64,000 bases of DNA, from contig OZ024744.1 in the NCBI GenBank assembly GCA_964016885.1, positions 100,564,001 through 100,628,000 on the forward strand, written 5' to 3'. Under the pieces are notes generated by a model, which was not told the DNA's origin, made no database searches, and saw only the letters and a list, made by a program, of their open reading frames with translations. This stretch comes from Eledone cirrhosa. Taxonomy: Eukaryota. The translations under genes and the position numbers were made by a program. Shown in pieces: positions 38,095 to 50,682 of this stretch. Every line of letters starts with the position of its first letter. The first letter of the stretch is position 1.

Positions 38095-38419
38095 GTAAGT
38101 ATACATATATTTACTAAATATATTTTATATACGTGCACCTAATACACTCTGTAAAGTGGTTGGCATTAGGAAGTCTATCCAGCTGCAGAAGCCATGCTGA
38201 TATCTGCCGGTCACAGTTTCTGGCAGACGGAGCAATGTAAAATAAAGCATTTTGCTCAAGAACACATTCTGCTCAGCCCAGGAATCGAACCCACGAACAT
38301 AGGATCGTGAGTCCAACAGCCTAACCACTAAGCCACATAAAACGAATGCTAGAAAATTTGAGCTGATCAATAGTTTTAAATTATGTACAGCAATGCAAGT
38401 AAGATATTTCTTGTGAAAT

Positions 38420-39141
38420 ATACTGTATATACTCAGATATAAGCCGACTGAGAAATGGGTAAAAATCCAAACCCCAAGTAGAAGCCTAGGCAGCTAATTA
38501 ACACATGTTTAGATGTTTTGAAATTGTCATGAGTATAGTATATATTTATGAAGTTTTAATATTTTGATGTTTTAAGTGTTTAACCCTTTAGCATTTACAT
38601 TACTCTATATTTGCTATTGTATTTTCATGATAAAGGCTTTATCTCACATAATATAGAATCTATGAGATTTTGATAATATTTGTTTTGAGAACAATACCTT
38701 AACATCAGTATGAGAGGCCAGTTATAGCTGGTTTGAACAGAAAGAGGTGAGAGAATTCTGGCCGGATATGGCTGGTTTAAATGCTAAAGGGTTAAAGTAA
38801 GGTTTTTGTTTCACAACTCCATTAAATAATGATTCGTTAACCAATTTCCGACCGTTTTGAAGGCCATATTCATTCAGAAGATAAAAAAAACAATAGAAAA
38901 TATGAATTTCATGTCAAGTGAAGCTGTCGTAATGTTCACCTGCACAGTGAAACCAGTGTAATATTTACCTCCAAAGTGAAAATATTTTAGTACCTCATTA
39001 TGTAGAATTTGAAGTTGGTGAAAATCGGCAAAATATTAGCCTTGAATATGTTGACTGCCCCCCTCCCCTTCTCCCATTTTACCATTACCTTTTTTTGGGG
39101 GGGTCATATATTTCTCGGCTTATATACAAGTATATACAGTA
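38420..39141. mobile_element. pogo/Tigger-like MITE with a nested piggyBac MITE
   Basis: TIRs tactgtatatactcagatataagccga / tcggcttatatacaagtatatacagta. Related copies at 36244-36436 and ~58810-59135. Confidence 0.6.
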
Positions 39142-39657
39142 AGTGAAAACATTTGCCATTAAAAGAAAACAAAAAATATTTTTCTTTCTCCTTTAATTGG
39201 AAGCTGTTAACTTTGATAACTTTGGGCCAGTATTGGTCCAGGCCATGTCTAACTTAATAGCACCACCTACAAGACAAATTAATTAACTAATTAACTTTCT
39301 ACTAGCCAATTATTTTAGTGACTCAATATGAAAATATTTATTTATAAATCTTGAGGAAATGACTGTTATGTTCTAAGACCATTTAACTCTTTCGTTAGCA
39401 TATTTCTAATGAAATACACTCAATTTAAATGAAGCTTTTCATTACCATATGTCTAGTGAAATATATACCATATATGATTTTCAACAATTTTTTAAAATAA
39501 TAAAATATTTGTAGGGATTTTTCAGCATAAATAATTTTGTTATGTTGGTATTTGGAACATAACTTAAATGTTCTTACTTAAAATTATAACAAAAGGTTTA
39601 AATTTAAATAAGAATATTTTAAAATAGGTGGTTTTGTTTTCCCGTCGTCCTACTTAA

Positions 39658-39892
39658 TAATTTTTCAGATCTTTTCCACCCCACTTCACCCGCTTATTAA
39701 ATTTAGTTCATCTATGAAATTTTATTTTAAGTGGTAGCATCTGGTGACAATTAATGTACTTTTATGGTGATGTATTATGTTTTTTTAAAAGAAAATTAAT
39801 TGTCACCGAATGCTACCACTTAAAATAAAATTTCATAGATGAACTAAATTTAATAAGCGGGTGAAGTGGGGTGGAAAAAATCTGAAAAATTA
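39658..39892. repeat. 98-bp near-perfect inverted repeat (MITE-derived hairpin)
   Basis: 39658-39755 versus 39795-39892 with about 3 mismatches. The right arm is similar to 8480-8575. Confidence 0.9.
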
Positions 39893-40054
39893 ATATGAAT
39901 TTTGGTTAAACATTAATGGAGACAACTTAGAAAAATTACCGATTCCCTCTCCCTTGCTATTATTTTAGACCCAAGAGTAGTTTTAGTGATGTCTGTATTG
40001 AAAGGGTTAAATTCCTATTATATTTACTTATTATATGATTTTATTTCAAAACAG

Positions 40055-40186
40055 ATTTTGGTGCACCAACTGCCTTCAGTACACAAAATACATCGACAAG
40101 CAGCTTATTTGGCTCTCCTGCAACAACAACATCTGGAGGTTTGTTTGGGCAACCTGCAACATTTGGTCAGCAAAGCACTGGCTTTT
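40055..40186 (+). CDS. NUP98: NUP98 coding exon 3 (FG repeats)
   Basis: aaaacAG acceptor, (N)FGAPTAFSTQNTSTSSLFGSPATTTSGGLFGQPATFGQQSTGF, GTAAGT donor, 132 nt. Confidence 0.9.
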
Positions 40187-40689
40187 GTAAGTCTTTCTTT
40201 TTCATTGCTCTCATGCAAACACAAGTCATTTTCATGTTATATATATATATATATATAAAGTCTTCGCTTTTTATGTGAACTTGAAATACGCGATTTGCTT
40301 TAACACCCCTTGAAAAAATATTAAATATTCAGTTTGCGCTATAACTCGTGCGGTTTTTGATTTATCAGAAAATTAGACTTGAATTATGCTAATTTGCTTT
40401 ATGCACTGCGTTCACGAACGCATCTTTGCGTAAAACGCGAACACACTGTATGTATGTATATATTTTTTCTTACTAGTGAACTGGTGCTGTCAATAATGAT
40501 GGCAACTAGCCTTGAACATATATAATCTTTGATGTCCAGTATTAGTATGTCATATATACCAGTATTACCAGATATATGAACAATCATAAATATTTTTTTG
40601 GGGGTGGGTGTTTCAGTAACTCTCTATAACGGGAAGTAGTACAGCAGTGTTCCAGTCATGACCATCCATTCAATATATCATTTAAACCA

Positions 40690-41507
40690 CCAATAAATCA
40701 GCTCCTTGCCTAACACTACAATAATATTTGATTCTAAAATCTTGTAGTTCTATGTTCAATCCCACTGTGTGATAACTTGGGCAAGTGTCTTCTGCTATAG
40801 CCTAGTGTTGGCCAATGAATTTGGTAGATTGGAACTCTGTCCTTTGTATGTATGTATGTATGTATGTATGTATGTATGTATATATATGTGTGTGTAAGTA
40901 ATCTTCCCCTCCCAAACATCATTAACGCATTATCATTCACGTTACTCTATTTTTACTAATTTATTTTCACAGTAAAAGCTTTACCTCACATAAATATCTC
41001 ACATAATACCTATGAGATTTTGATATATTTATTTTGAGAACAATACCTTAACATCAGTATGAGCAGTTGGTTTGAAAAGAAAGAATTCTGGCTGGATACA
41101 GCTGGTTTAAATACTAAAGGGTTAATCCACAAATAAATCAGCTTCTTGCCTAACACTACAATAACATTTGATTCTAAAATCTTGTACTTCTAGGTTCAAT
41201 CCCACTAGAGTTGGTCAATGAATTGGTTCCTTGTCCATGCCCTTTGTTTGTGTGTCTGTGTGTGTGTGTGTAATCTTCCTCTCTCAAACGCCATTAACAC
41301 TTTAGCATTTACGTTACTCTATATTTACTATTGTATTTTCACAGTAAAGGCTTTATCTTACATAATTATCTCACATAATATCGAATCTACGAGATTTTGA
41401 GGACAATACCTTAATGTAGGTATGAGGTGCCAATTACAGCCGGTTTAAACAGAAAGAGGCAAGAGAGTTCTGGTCGGATATGGCCGGTTTAAATACTAAA
41501 GGGTTAA
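40690..41507. repeat. Local tandem duplication (~440-bp unit: SINE fragment, microsatellite and MITE)
   Basis: aataaatcagct.cttgcctaacactacaataa occurs at ~40692 and ~41132, each followed by a piggyBac MITE. Confidence 0.75.
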
Positions 41508-43951
41508 GTCAATGAAGCTCTACAATACTGAAAGGTAGGGGTCGGCTTCGGAACAGGCATCTAGCTGTAAAATTTGCCATGGTTAAGAGCAGGATAACAT
41601 CAGGCTATTTATATAGCAATACATTGCTGAAATGTGAATTATCACACTGTTCTGTATAAGTAAGACACGGCCATCTGATATGGGTTGTTTCACAAGTCAA
41701 CTCAACTCATCTAACCCATGCTAGTAATGATGATGATGATACAAGAAATAATTATAGAATCAGTATCATGAGATATCAGGTGTGTATATCTCATAGAAAG
41801 TAACTCCTTTGAGTCAGGCATTCATGGTTGACTTTGCCTTTCATCCTTACGGGGTCGATAAAATAAAGTACCAGTAATGCACTGGGTAATTGCTGGCCTT
41901 GTGCCTAAAGTAGAAACAATTATTAATAATCTTTACAGGTCAGTGGACCGGCAGAGCTGTTAGTGTCAGGCACATGCTTTGCAGTATTTGTTCTGGCTAT
42001 TTACATTCTGAGTTCAAATCTGGCGGCAGTTATCTTTGTTTTTGATCCTACTGGGGTCTGCAATATAAAATACCAGTTGAGTATTTGGGTCGATATATAT
42101 TGATTTTCCCCTTCATTCAAGTTGCTGGCCTTGTGCCAAATTAGGAAGCATTGATCTTTTTCATGGCTTACTGGAGCTTTCAGTGTTAGGTTATTTATTA
42201 TATATATATATATATATATATATATCATCATCATCGTTTAACGTCTATCTTCCATGCTAGCATGGGTTAGACGCGAATTGTCCCACTTGAGGCAAGATTG
42301 GTCGGGTGACCGTGTCTCGCTCATATAGGACTGTCTGGCGGGTTTTCTACGGCTGGATGCCCTTCCTAACACCAACCACATTACAGCGTGGACTGTGTTT
42401 TTTTTGTCATGACACCTACACGACCTCATTTATTTAGGACTGGATGTTGTGGTACCAACATAACTTTACAGAGAGGGGGTGAGGAGTGGAGTAGGGGTAG
42501 TGGGTTCATATTTGGTTAAGAGGTGCCCACTGACTAGGTTTTGCTATGTACATAGGCAAGGCGGGTCTTCTGTATTACTGTGTAGTGCCAAAGATCTCGG
42601 TCCAGAGACATTGTCTTAGAGAGAGGTAAGGGTGTAAGGTCGGAATTTATCAAATCGTCCCAGGTTTTTCTGGGTCTACCTACTCCGTAACTTCCATCAA
42701 TTTTGATCGCCCTGCACTTTTTTATACAGCTGTCGTCTTTCATGCACATCACGTGACTATATATATATATATATATACTATAAAGTAACCTATTGGAGTG
42801 TTGATCATCATTTTTACGTCCCTTCTTCTGCGCTTGCATTGTTTGGATGGGTCCTCGACACATCTCTCCACTTACCGTGTTTCTTTGTCATCACTTCTGT
42901 GATTTGAGATCAGCTCACACCACCTCTGATCAGGTCTTTCTCTGTCTACCTTTACTGTAACTTCCTTCCATGGCGATTTCCTAGCACTTTTTGACCTATT
43001 GGTCATCATCCATGTGCATCACATTTCCTTACCAACACAGTCTTCTCTCCTGCACACCACCTCGGATTCCTCTTAAACCCAATTTCTCCTTCAGTTCATC
43101 TAAGCTTGAGTAGATGGAAGTTCTTAGAAAATCTAGAAATTAGAAACACAGAAGATAACTGTTACCACAATCGATTGGTATAAACAACAGCTTAGAAAAT
43201 CAGGTAAAATATTCCTATAGTTGGGAAATGTGGCCTGCAGCTGCTACGAAGAATCAAACTCCGAAGTTTTATTTTTTGTTGCAATCAACTGTGGTTACAG
43301 CTATTTTCTGTCTATCAGATTTCTACATTTTTATAAGAATGTATATATACACACACACTCATCATCATCATCATCATCATCATACGTCCGCGTTTCCCTG
43401 CTTGCAAGGGTTGGACGGGTCCTATTTAGCACAGCATCTCTCCACTTGTCACAGTCCTATTTATTTTCCATTATAATTTTTTGATTGAAGGATTCAAATG
43501 AAAATTAACACTATTTAAATTTAGTTAGAACTATATTTTCTTTATTGTTTACAAAATAGCCTGTAAAGGAATTCTATGAAACTTTTTGATATGATAAAAA
43601 AATTTACTTTTTAAAAAGTATTTAACCCTTTAGCATAGCATTTAAACTGACTGTATCCAACCAGAATCCTCTCACCTCTTTCTGTTCAAACCGGCCATAA
43701 CTGGCTGCTCATACTGATGTTAAGGTATTGTTCTCAAAATAAATATCAAAAACTTATAGATTCAATATTATGCGAGATAATTATATGAAATAAAGTGTTT
43801 ACTTTGAAAATATAGAGTCATGTGAATGCTAAAGGATTAAATGAAAATGCTTTTGAATGTTTAACTTGAAACTTACATAAAGTGTTGTCAATGAAATAAC
43901 AGCTAAAATATTTTTTCATCCAATATATGTTTTTCTCTTTTATTTCTTTAG

Positions 43952-44071
43952 CTTTTAATAATACACCCAGTACATCTGGAGGCTTGTTTGGACAGCAGCC
44001 AGCTACTAGTTTGTTTTCTCAACCAGCTAGCAATGCATTCAGTGCTAAGACACCGATTTCATCTTTTGGAT
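43952..44071 (+). CDS. NUP98: NUP98 coding exon 4 (GLFG repeats)
   Basis: tttctttAG acceptor, (S)FNNTPSTSGGLFGQQPATSLFSQPASNAFSAKTPISSFG, GTAAGT donor, 120 nt. Confidence 0.9.
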
Positions 44072-44713
44072 GTAAGTACATATCAGTATCATATCTATTT
44101 ACTTCGTTGTTTTATTTCAAGTTAAATATATTTTCTCCTCAAACTTCTAAATAGTCAACACATTGAATAATGCTATTGCCTTTAATTAATAAAGATATTG
44201 TTCATCTTCCAGTAAGATGCATATTCGGAATGTATAAAATTTGAAGCATTACAAGATAATCTAGATGGTTGTATGGAAAAAAAATTGAGGCAAACTTAGA
44301 CCTTAAGTTTTGTTTCTCATGTTTTTCTGATTTAGGCACACGGTCAACTAGTTTGGGTGAAGGGGAAAGTCAATTCAATCGACCCCAGTGCATTACTGGT
44401 GTTTTACTTCATCAACTCTATAAGGATGAAAGGCAAAAGTAACATTGGTGGGATTTGAACTCAGAATGTAAAGGACCATAACTCCTATGCTGCAAAGCAT
44501 GTATGATGCTCTACCTCTACCGATACTGCCAATCCACCATTTATATTATTGGCGTTCCTCTTATTTAGATCAAGGAGAAAAGTAATTCCTGCTTTGCTGA
44601 AAACACAAACTGGTATATGTTTGCAAAATGTATTTCTTTGTTTATAATTAAAAGTATATTTTTATCAATTAAAATGTTCCCATATATCTAAGAAGTTTTC
44701 CTTATTTTCATAG

Positions 44714-44794
44714 CCTTTGGAACAAATACAGCAAACACAAATCTTTTTAACAGAAATCAAACATCATCTACCATATTTGGTCAACCCAGCAATA
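44714..44794 (+). CDS. NUP98: NUP98 coding exon 5
   Basis: ttttcatAG acceptor, (S)FGTNTANTNLFNRNQTSSTIFGQPSN, GTAAGT donor, 81 nt. Confidence 0.85.
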
Positions 44795-45301
44795 GTAAGT
44801 TTTTCATTTTATTTATTTACTTCTGGACAATGCTCCAGCACACAAGTCTTTGGTTTCAATGAATGTTGTGCATGATTAGCTTTGAACTGGTTGATCACCT
44901 GCCCTATTCTCCTGATGTGGCCCCATTTTGTTGAAATTTAAATTATTTCTGTGTGTGCACATATGTAAGTATGTATGTACATGTTTGCATGTTTTATGAA
45001 ACTCAGGGTGTAAGTTTCCAGAGATACATCAGTGTGCCAAATTTGTTTGAAACTTGCAAAAGTTTGACTTGGTTCAAAGTATGTGAGATTTTAATGGTCA
45101 ACTGACCAAAGTTACAATTGAATATCGAATAAGTTAATAAAACAAAGCGGCGGCTTTAGATGTGTTTGATACATTGGCATAGCTAACAATGAAGAGCAAG
45201 TGTTAGCTCATTTGTTATCATGTTTCTAATAAACGACACTGCCTCTGGTTTCCAAATAATGAAGAATTTAGAGGGATTTAGTAGTCTAAAGTCTGTCCTA
45301 A

Positions 45302-46764
45302 CCCTTTAGCATTCAAACCGACAAGATTATGTCCCCTTTCATTTATTCAAACCGACAAAAACCGACATTTAATACTACACGGAGATCTCCTTCTAAAAAT
45401 AAACATTGACATCATCGAAATCTCGTCAATTCGAGATTACTGCAAGATAAAGCCCTTACGCACGAAAATTAACTCTTAGTATAGTTAAAGAACTTGCGAT
45501 AAATCGTGTTTTTAACGTTGAAAGTGTAACATACATGGCTTCCGAAAGTAGCGACAACGAATTTGAAGGTTTTACGTTCGACGACATTTGGGATCAAAAA
45601 GAAACGGAAGATAATATCAGTGATTTATCTTCAAACGAATCAGATATATTTATTTCTGATATATCTGATGATGATGATAGTTACTTTGAAAGTGAAAGAG
45701 AAGATTTGACTGACACCATTGAAAAAACACTGTGGTTGAAAGAAACAACACCAATACATGTTTCGGATTTTACTGAAAATATTGGACCACAACACACATT
45801 ACCACCCGATGCTAAAGCACTGGATTATTTTTTTTTATTTTTACCCCCAACTTTCTTCGAAGTTGTGGCAGAAGAGATAAATCGCTATGCACAACAACAA
45901 ATTTCTAATCGAGGAAAACCCGATCTATTATGGCGTCCGACAGATTCTGCCGAAATGAAAGCGTTTTTTACCATAAACATTATGTTTGGTATTAAACAAT
46001 TTCCACGACTGTGGAATTATTGGAGTACTGATATAAGGTTTGGTGACCCTTATATATTTAGTATTATGGCAAAAACGAGAATCATCAAATTAAACCAGTA
46101 TTTGCATCTGGTTGATACTTCAAATGCGCCTCGTAGAAATGAATCAAATTACGACCCACTGTACACGACCATTAATTGAAATGTCAGAAAAATTTAAAAG
46201 TGTGTATAAACTTATATATTGGGAACATTCTGTTACGTAATTTTACACCGTACATTTACAGAGTGCATTGCCAATATTATTTTGACTGGTGAAAAGGTTT
46301 TATACATTTTTTTTCAATGAAAATATTTGTCTGGAATGTAGAGAAAGACTAAAACCTTGTACTGATTACACCTGCATTTTTAATTAATTTACCTGTTCGG
46401 AAAACTGCTAGACTTGATGGAAATCAGCATCTAGATCATTATTGGATTTTTTTTGCAACACATCTAACAGATAAGGCAAATAAAGTTTTAATGTTTGTGT
46501 TTATCCATAAAGTTATTACTTTTACACCTGTTAATTAATTTCACCTGCCCATAAAAGTCAAATTTAACAAAAAAAATCAGGTAAAAATATATAATTGTAA
46601 ATTATAGTTATTTAAACATCTACTGACAAAATTTCAAGTCTGCACATAGAAAATTAAAGTAATTACAAACAAATAAAATTGATAACCCTCTTGAGTAAAA
46701 TTAAGTGAAAATAATGCGAATAGATGAACATGACATTTGACAATTCAATGTGAATGCTAAAGGG
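45302..46764 (+). mobile_element. Internally deleted piggyBac transposon
   Basis: TIRs ccctttagcattca / tgaatgctaaaggg flanked by ctaa and TTAA. ORF 45535-46179 is a PGBD4-like N-terminus (acidic head, LDYFFLF, NRYAQQ, EMKAFF..IMFGI, NYWSTD, YDPL) truncated before the DDD core. Confidence 0.88.
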
Positions 46765-47229
46765 TTAATCTACTCTGTATGTGTATATGATCCAGGTGTA
46801 TTTTTTGTTTTGTTTTCTTTTTTTCTTGTCATCATATTTTCATACACTATATTGGGATATTAACACAAAAGCTTCTTTCACATTCTGATTCACTCACTGC
46901 TTTCACTGACTACATACAACAATTCAGCTAGTAAGCGAGAAACTACTAGTTTACAATAGGTACATTGGGGTTATTGAAGGCGGTCTCTTGTATCATGTGG
47001 GCAGACATTGCATTTATTGACATTTGTAGTGTTATATCACTTACCTTCCAATAACAAACTGTTATTGGAATGAATTTGGTTCACTGATGCACACAATTCC
47101 ACACATATTGTTCTCTCTCTGCTTTTCTATTGTTTCCCCACTTAGGATATAACCTGTTATATTGCTTAGGGTGGTCGTGTTTCACCATAGTTACCAACTA
47201 ATTTGACGTGGGAAAACCCATTAGAATTT

Positions 47230-47320
47230 GCAAACACAATTTCTCTATTGAATGGCTCTTCCAGCACATCTCCCTTACCATTCTCCGGGGAAACGCCATC
47301 TCCATTCTGTCCGCCGAGGC
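47230..47320 (+). mobile_element. Short remnant of a restriction-like-endonuclease non-LTR element (CRE-like C-terminus)
   Basis: WLFQHISLTILRGNAISIL resembles the LFQRISxAIQRGNA motif. Confidence 0.45.
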
Positions 47321-47690
47321 TGTTGGGAAACTAGCACATGAGACCCAATTTGCTCACTATACAGAGAGGTGGTTGGGGGGGGGGGTCAGAGAGATGGAGG
47401 CGATGACAGTGGGAGTTCGGCCCTTCCACGTTCGGACCATATCCCTGTCGTCGTGTATTGTAGTTAAGATTGGTTTTTATTTTGTATCTTTATTCTTTTA
47501 CCCCTTTACATTTCTACACCCCTGCATTCTTGTATTTCTATATTTCTATTGCCCATGGTGTACTAACTGATCATCTGTGTTGTATATTTTTGTGTGTATA
47601 TTTACTTGATTTCTTATATTAGAAGTGAAAATCTGCAACATTAAAATAATCCCATTTTATATAACAAGCAATTTTTATGTCATTTTCCAG

Positions 47691-47842
47691 TGTTTGGAAG
47701 CTCAACAGCTTCTGGTACAAGTACCAAATTCCAAGCACCCGTTGGTCAAGATACGATGGTTAAAGGTGGGATAACAAATAATATTAACACACGCCATCAG
47801 TGTATATCTGCTATGAAGGAATATGAAGATAAAAGTTTGGAG
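47691..47842 (+). CDS. NUP98: NUP98 coding exon 6 (N-terminal part of GLEBS / Rae1-binding motif)
   Basis: (M)FGSSTASGTSTKFQAPVGQDTMVKGGITNNINTRHQCISAMKEYEDKSLE matches the NUP98 GLEBS (GTTIKF..GTDTMVK..TKHQCITAMKEYESKSLE). ttttccAG acceptor and GTACGT donor. Confidence 0.96.
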
Positions 47843-49379
47843 GTACGTATGTTTTTTTTTTTCAAATTGATTTATAATGTTATGGAGCTTCTTTAATTTT
47901 TCTTTTTCTGGTAAACCTTTTCATTACCAAACTGCCCCAGGTTCTATGATACAAAGCTGTTTATTTTAACCCTTTAGCATTTCTATTACTTTATATATAC
48001 TATTTATTTTTGTGGAAAAGGCTTGCACAATTATCTCACATAATATTGAATCTATGAGATTTTGACAACAATACTCTAACATCTATATGAGTGGCTGGTT
48101 TGAACAGAAAGATAATTCTGGCCGGATAGGGCTGGTTTAAATGCTAAAGGGTTAAAGTAGTTATCGTTATCCTTAAAAACCTTCCATCATATTTTATGTA
48201 AGAACCTTTGGTAAGTTATAATCTACATTTCACCATAACCCTTTCATGACTGCATTTCTAATGAAATACAGTCTATTTTAATTAATTAATTAATGAAGAA
48301 TTTTGAGGGATTTACTAAAATTATTTCATTACTAAGAATAGTAACTTAATGTAAAGTTTTTATATAAACATAAAATTATGAAATTGTGTGTGTGTGTGTG
48401 ATCATCATTTAACATCCATCTTGTCTCGCTCGTACGGAAGTGTCTCTGGCATATTTTTTACAGCTGGATGCCCTTCCTAACACCAACCACATTTACAGTG
48501 TGGACTGGGAGCCTTTTCTCTGTGTCTCCTACACAGCCACTTTACACTGGATGGAACCGGAAAAGGAGGATGGGGTAGGGGGTGGCGTGTACATTGGGTT
48601 AAGAGGTGCCTACTGACTGTAGGTTTGTATGATATGGCAGTCGGTTCTTCTGCATGGCGCTAAAGATCTCGATCCATTGTCATTGTCTTAGAGAGGTGTA
48701 AGTGAGCAAGGTCAGTTTTTATCACCCCGTCCCTGGTTTTTCTTTGTCTACCCACTCCGTAGCTTCCATACAGCTGTTGTCCTTCATACGCATCACATGT
48801 CCATACCTATGCAATCTCCTCTCCAGAACACATTTGATACCTCTAATGCTTAGTCTCTCTCTCAATTTGTATATGCTTCGCCGTTCATACACATTACTAT
48901 TACATATCCATCGGAGCGTGCAAGCTTCATTTCTTTATAATCTACACAGGTCTTCAGCACACAATGCCCAAGTCTCACTACCATGTAATATCGTCGTTTG
49001 TATACAAGCATCATACAAGCTGCCTTTCAGTTTTAGAGAAAAACCCCCTTGTGCCCAACAGCAGTATTAGCTCTCTGAACTTTTCCCATCCCGTTTTAAA
49101 TCTGGCTACTACACTTTCAGAGCACCCTCCTCCACTGCTGATTTTGTCACCCAAAGTAGATGTGTGTTGACATGGATATCTATAGTGACAGTAGAAAAAG
49201 CACACAGTTACGCAATATGAACGAGAGTTGCATCTTTCCTCATCAGCCACCTTGCTTGCAGTGCAGTTTCATGCATTAAGGCAGTACAGCATTTGTGGTG
49301 CCAGTTTGCACAACAGATTGATTAGTCCCACTGTTGGGGAGATACTTGTGAGACAAACAAAAGAAAACAAAGATAAAAT

Positions 49380-50285
49380 AAATACAAAATTATGACTAGA
49401 AATAATCTTTATGAACAGGATTGACATATATATCCAGGTTGGCTGTGACATCATGATTGGCAGATGTAGAATCAGATGGCTGGAATTTGCAGATGACATG
49501 GTATTACTTAACTTGTCAGAAGGTCATCTCTGACTTGCACTTGATAGGTTTGATGTCGAGTGCTACATGGCAGGAATGAAAATCTGCTGCGAAGATTGAG
49601 ACATTTGTCCTCTCTTGGTAACCTCCACAGTGCACTCTACATATGAATGGACTTCCACTGAAACGGGTGGAAAAGTTCAAGTATCTTGGGACTGTATTCA
49701 CGGGTGATGAAAGTCCGGAAGCTGAATTAAGTGCAAGAATTGCTGGAGCTGGTGCAGTAATTCACCAGCTTTACTTTTCCGTAATCAGAAGAAGGGAGGT
49801 AGATGTAATAGCCAAACTCGCTATCTTCAATTTGCTATTCATGCCAATCTTTACCTGCTGTCATGAATCTTGGGTAATGACTGAAAGACTACGATCGCAA
49901 ATACCGGCGGTCGAAATGGGATTCCTTCCAAAGGGTCTATGGAGTAACATTACTTGATAGTGTGTAGCTCTGAGATTAAAAAGTCATGCCAGGTAGAGCC
50001 GCTACTTATCCGAATTGAAAGATCACAACTCTGATACTATGGACATGTAGTTAGAATATCTCAGGAAAGAATCGCTGGACAGATTTTAAGGGCAAAACCA
50101 GCTGGCAGGAGATTCAAGGGTAGACTCTAGGGACGATGGTTGGATAACATTCATGAGCTTGGCTGGTCTCATTTGGGGATCCAGCTGGATTAGTTGGAGA
50201 TGGTTGCTTCCGATAAGACCTGTTGGAGGGAGTGTCTGAGGACTCCGCCCCCACGACCCTCTCAGGAATATGTGGGCGAAGAAGA
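49380..50285 (+). mobile_element. Degraded RTE-like LINE, different family
   Basis: FADDMV, VEKFKYLG and HESWVMTERLRSQI motifs, gggcgaagaagaa tail. Fragments also at 14220-14365, 18240-18490 and 63460-63640 (minus). Confidence 0.75.
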
Positions 50286-50633
50286 AATAAAATTCACATA
50301 AAAACAGAATAATATTTTTGCTTAACTGGTTTCATTTAAACAGCTTAAAAATTAGATATGAAAAATCTTTTGAAAAGTTCCATTAAACGAAACAGGTTCA
50401 GTACAAAAACTATTCTTTTTTTATGTGAATTTTTATTTATTTTAAAATTGGGTACTATACACGTAGCATGTATATATAATTGTTTCTACTTTTGGCACAA
50501 GGCCAGCAATTAACCCAGTGTATTACTGGTACTTTATTTTATCGACCCCGTAAGGATGAAAGGCAAAGTTAACCTCGGCGGGTGTATATATAATGAAAAC
50601 ATATTAGGTGCTTCAAATCTTCATTATTTTTTT

Positions 50634-50679
<46 letters not shown>

Positions 50680-50682
50680 ATA

